A stretch of 25,714 bases of DNA from Minisyncoccia bacterium (lineage in GTDB: Bacteria > Patescibacteriota > Minisyncoccia > UBA6257 > 2-01-FULL-56-20): the NCBI GenBank assembly GCA_041487555.1, contig JBGPNL010000001.1:1-25714 (forward strand), written 5' to 3'. The position numbers and the translations under genes are program-made. The notes under the pieces were generated by a model. That model made no database searches. It saw nothing but the letters and a program-made list of their open reading frames with translations, and had not been told where the DNA came from. Positions 23,386 to 25,714 of the stretch are shown piece after piece (position 1 is the stretch's first letter; each line of letters starts with the position of its first letter).

Positions 23386-23445
23386 AACCCTCCTTCGCCA
23401 ACCGCTCCGCTAAAGCCTCGCGGCTCAAGAAGGCTAAGGAGGGTT
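23386..23445. repeat. Nested palindromic element between arc and dop
   Basis: 10-bp terminal inverted repeats AACCCTCCTT / AAGGAGGGTT enclosing CCGC..GCTAAAGC..GCGG. Confidence 0.65.
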
Positions 23446-23455
23446 ATTTTTTCAG

Positions 23456-23489
23456 AAAAATAAAAAGAGGGTCCGTATGAACCCTCTTT
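23456..23489 (-). terminator. Intrinsic terminator after arc
   Basis: AAAGAGGGT-N8-ACCCTCTTT stem with minus-strand U runs. Confidence 0.7.
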
Positions 23490-23494
23490 GGGCA

Positions 23495-25165
23495 TTAGCT
23501 GAAGCCGATCTTCGGCCTCGTCTCTTTCGAGAGGTAGTTGATATCGTACTCTCCCTCGATGCCTTCGGTCGAAAGCATATCCGCAAGTACCTTTTCATTC
23601 GTGGGCAGCTGTTCGTTCTCGTGGATTTTTTCCCGGAGCGCGTTCATGAGGTCTTCGGGCTTAAGCCCTTTTTCCTCTTTGTTGCCGTCTCCGATCCAGC
23701 GATTATAGGCGAAGAGCCGCGCGCGCTCGGCAAGGCCGGCGAGCAAGGCTCCCGAAACGAAGAGGTCTTTGAAGCCGAGTATCCTCGACTTTCCCAATTG
23801 CCGTACCTCGATGAGCTGGTTCGCGTCCGTTTTCGGATCGAACATTGTTTCAACGCAAGGCAGAATGAGGCCCTCGCGGATCGCTTCCGCGGCGGTCTGT
23901 CCCGTGCGGGTAAAGCAGCTCGGATGGAGCGGCAGGGTCGCGGGAAGGTTCAACTCGAGGATCTGGGTCGCGCCTTCTTTCCCGGGGCGGGGAATGCGCT
24001 TCTTGAAGTAGAAGCGGCCGTCCCGGATTACCGCCGGATCGATGAGGTCGTCGCGATTTTCGGCGGCGATCAGGAGTATTCTCCGCTTTTCGAGGTGAAA
24101 TCCGCCGACAAGCGAATTCCACTGAGCGACGTGCGTATTGATCCATGGTGCGTTGTCGCTCATTCCCCGGTGGGGGAACATGGCGCCGAATTCGTCCCAA
24201 AGGATGACCAGCAGGTCGCATTCGGGTCCCGACTCGAGGATGAGATGGCGCAGGGCCGCCTCGGTATTTCCCAGCCATTTGTCGAGTAGTTCCGAACCGC
24301 GTACGAGGATGAAGCCAACCTTATATTCCTCGCCGAATCGTTCGTGGCATTTTTCGCGGAGTTCGCTTGCGATGCATTCCGCAAGCAGGGTCTTGCCGCA
24401 TCCCGGGGGGCCGACGAGCCGGCCGCAGACGATGAATGAATCTTCGGTCGCGACCTTAAGGAGGAATTCCTTCGCTCCCACGGGGTCGAGCAGGGGATTG
24501 ATCGCTTCTTCGCGAAGCTCTTTGATCTCCTTTTCGAGGCCGCGCACCATCGCGAATGTCTTTTTCGGATCGTAGGTGTCGAGCTCTTTTCCGGATGTTT
24601 TAATGCCGATCTTTTTTACCGCTATGCCGCCGCGCACAAGGAGATGATTACCTTGCTTCAACTCGGCGACGACAAGCCCTTCCGCCGGCAGGACCATTTG
24701 CAGTTCGCCCCGGCAGTTCTTCACTGCGAGCAAATTCCCGTGGAGCGAATCGAACGGCAAAAGCTCGCCCAGCTCCGCCAGATCGGCGCTTGCGTGAACG
24801 ACAACCTTGCCCGAAGCGATCCACAGCGTCTGTCCGCTCTTGAGGGAGTCGAGGTCGATATCTGTTCCGTCAAAGTGGGATTTCGCAAGCACATATACAA
24901 GATTCGCACTGCCGCCTTCGATCTCGATGACCCTCTTTTCTTTGTGGATGATCTTTACAAAGTAAGCGAAAGACCACGGAGCTGCCGCGATCTCGTCAAG
25001 TTGTTGGGAGGCTTCTTGAAGCCTGTCCGCAAGTTCGTCGATGATCTTTTCCTGCTCTTCCAGTTTTTTTTCGTTTTCTTTATTCGCTGTGCCGAGCAGC
25101 TTGAGCTGCATCCGCAAGGCCGCGATCTTCTGTTCCAGTTCCGGTCGATCGTTCGGAGGAGCCAT
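23495..25165 (-). CDS. arc: ARC/Mpa-family proteasome-associated AAA+ ATPase
   Basis: N-terminal coiled coil ending AAAPWSF, interdomain region, Walker A GPPGCGKT, pore loop GSELLDKWLGNTE, Walker B ILWDE, SRH AENRDDLIDPAVIRDGR, VSGALL and ENEQLP (Mpa ENEDLP); GAGGTG SD. Confidence 0.88.
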   Translation of the reverse strand: MAPPNDRPELEQKIAALRMQLKLLGTANKENEKKLEEQEKIIDELADRLQEASQQLDEIAAAPWSFAYFVKIIHKEKRVIEIEGGSANLVYVLAKSHFDGTDIDLDSLKSGQTLWIASGKVVVHASADLAELGELLPFDSLHGNLLAVKNCRGELQMVLPAEGLVVAELKQGNHLLVRGGIAVKKIGIKTSGKELDTYDPKKTFAMVRGLEKEIKELREEAINPLLDPVGAKEFLLKVATEDSFIVCGRLVGPPGCGKTLLAECIASELREKCHERFGEEYKVGFILVRGSELLDKWLGNTEAALRHLILESGPECDLLVILWDEFGAMFPHRGMSDNAPWINTHVAQWNSLVGGFHLEKRRILLIAAENRDDLIDPAVIRDGRFYFKKRIPRPGKEGATQILELNLPATLPLHPSCFTRTGQTAAEAIREGLILPCVETMFDPKTDANQLIEVRQLGKSRILGFKDLFVSGALLAGLAERARLFAYNRWIGDGNKEEKGLKPEDLMNALREKIHENEQLPTNEKVLADMLSTEGIEGEYDINYLSKETRPKIGFS

Positions 25166-25203
25166 TTTCCACCTCTCTATCTGGACTCAATTTTCTACTG
25201 TTC

Positions 25204-25232
25204 AGTATAGAGCCCATCTTAAGAACAGGCAA
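25204..25232 (-). promoter_or_regulatory. Putative sigma70 promoter for arc
   Basis: TTGCCT-N17-TATACT on the minus strand, 38 nt upstream of the ATG; the -35 lies inside the palindrome CAGGCAATTGCCTG. Confidence 0.65.
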
Positions 25233-25255
25233 TTGCCTGCTTGCTTATGGCGGGC

Positions 25256-25714
25256 TCATCGTGTCCGAAGGAAGGCCGAGACGGCCTTTTCCGCCTCTGT
25301 GGCGGTCCGGATCCAGCCTATTCCCCCATCCCGCTTAAACCAGGTCATCTGGCGCTTCACGTAATTCAAGATCGCTCGTTCGAGCTCCTCCACCATCTGC
25401 GCTTTTGTAAGGTTGCCTTCGAGATAGCGGTTCACGAAACGATACTCGAGGCCAAGGCCTTCGAGCCGCCGCGAACCGACACCGTTTTTTCTGAGGCGTG
25501 CCACCTCCGCTATCATGCCTTGCCGCAGCCGGGCATGAAGCCGCTTGCGGATGTTCGTTCTCAATTTTTCGGGCGGCAACGTGATGCCGAGCTTCAGGAT
25601 GTCGTACGCTGATTTCTTTTGGAGCGCTTCTTCGCGCGAGGGGACCGGTTTTTTTGTAGCGTTGATAATTTCAAGCGCGCGGATCAGGCGGTGCTTGTTG
25701 TATCGATCGATGTG
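25256..25714 (-). CDS. miaA: tRNA dimethylallyltransferase, 3' part (gene starts beyond the window)
   Basis: Frame open to the window edge: HIDRYNKHRLIRALEI..., RL..GMIAEV, GLEYR, YVKRQMTWF. Confidence 0.9.
   Translation of the reverse strand, partial: HIDRYNKHRLIRALEIINATKKPVPSREEALQKKSAYDILKLGITLPPEKLRTNIRKRLHARLRQGMIAEVARLRKNGVGSRRLEGLGLEYRFVNRYLEGNLTKAQMVEELERAILNYVKRQMTWFKRDGGIGWIRTATEAEKAVSAFLRTR

Noticed and set aside
19790-25165. Hidden 20S proteasome subunit genes near the pup locus
   Set aside because: Gaps between genes are 16-156 nt and no ORF with an Ntn-hydrolase/proteasome signature is present in the window.
23477-25210. Plus-strand ORFs of 270 aa and 188 aa opposite arc
   Set aside because: Antisense shadows of the ATPase, with no domain motifs.

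Overview
Bacterial chromosomal segment whose gene content and style point to Patescibacteria/CPR, probably Parcubacteria (inference, not a database result). It holds the 3' end of 23S rRNA, a long structured spacer and 5S rRNA. Next come a pilin-like membrane protein, arfB, two hypothetical membrane proteins, rodA, mltG, a single fused rpoB-rpoC ORF (2246 aa), rpsF, ssb, rplK (no rplA after it), tmk, a twin-arginine-motif protein, an HD phosphohydrolase, a Nudix hydrolase, gatB and the 3' part of miaA. The standout is a minus-strand pupylation-like locus: arc/mpa ATPase, dop-like, pafA-like and a 71-aa tag ending GKGGQ. No 20S proteasome genes occur in the window. The tag aligns to actinobacterial Pup but is strongly basic instead of acidic. 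The ATPase has an acidic coiled coil and ends in IGFS instead of the HbYX proteasome-gating motif. Many host genes look leaderless (-10 box 6-7 nt before ATG), whereas all four pupylation-like genes have Shine-Dalgarno sites. Intergenic DNA is rich in REP-like palindromes, and related motifs sit in frame inside ssb and gatB. All family assignments come from motif recognition by eye; no searches were run.
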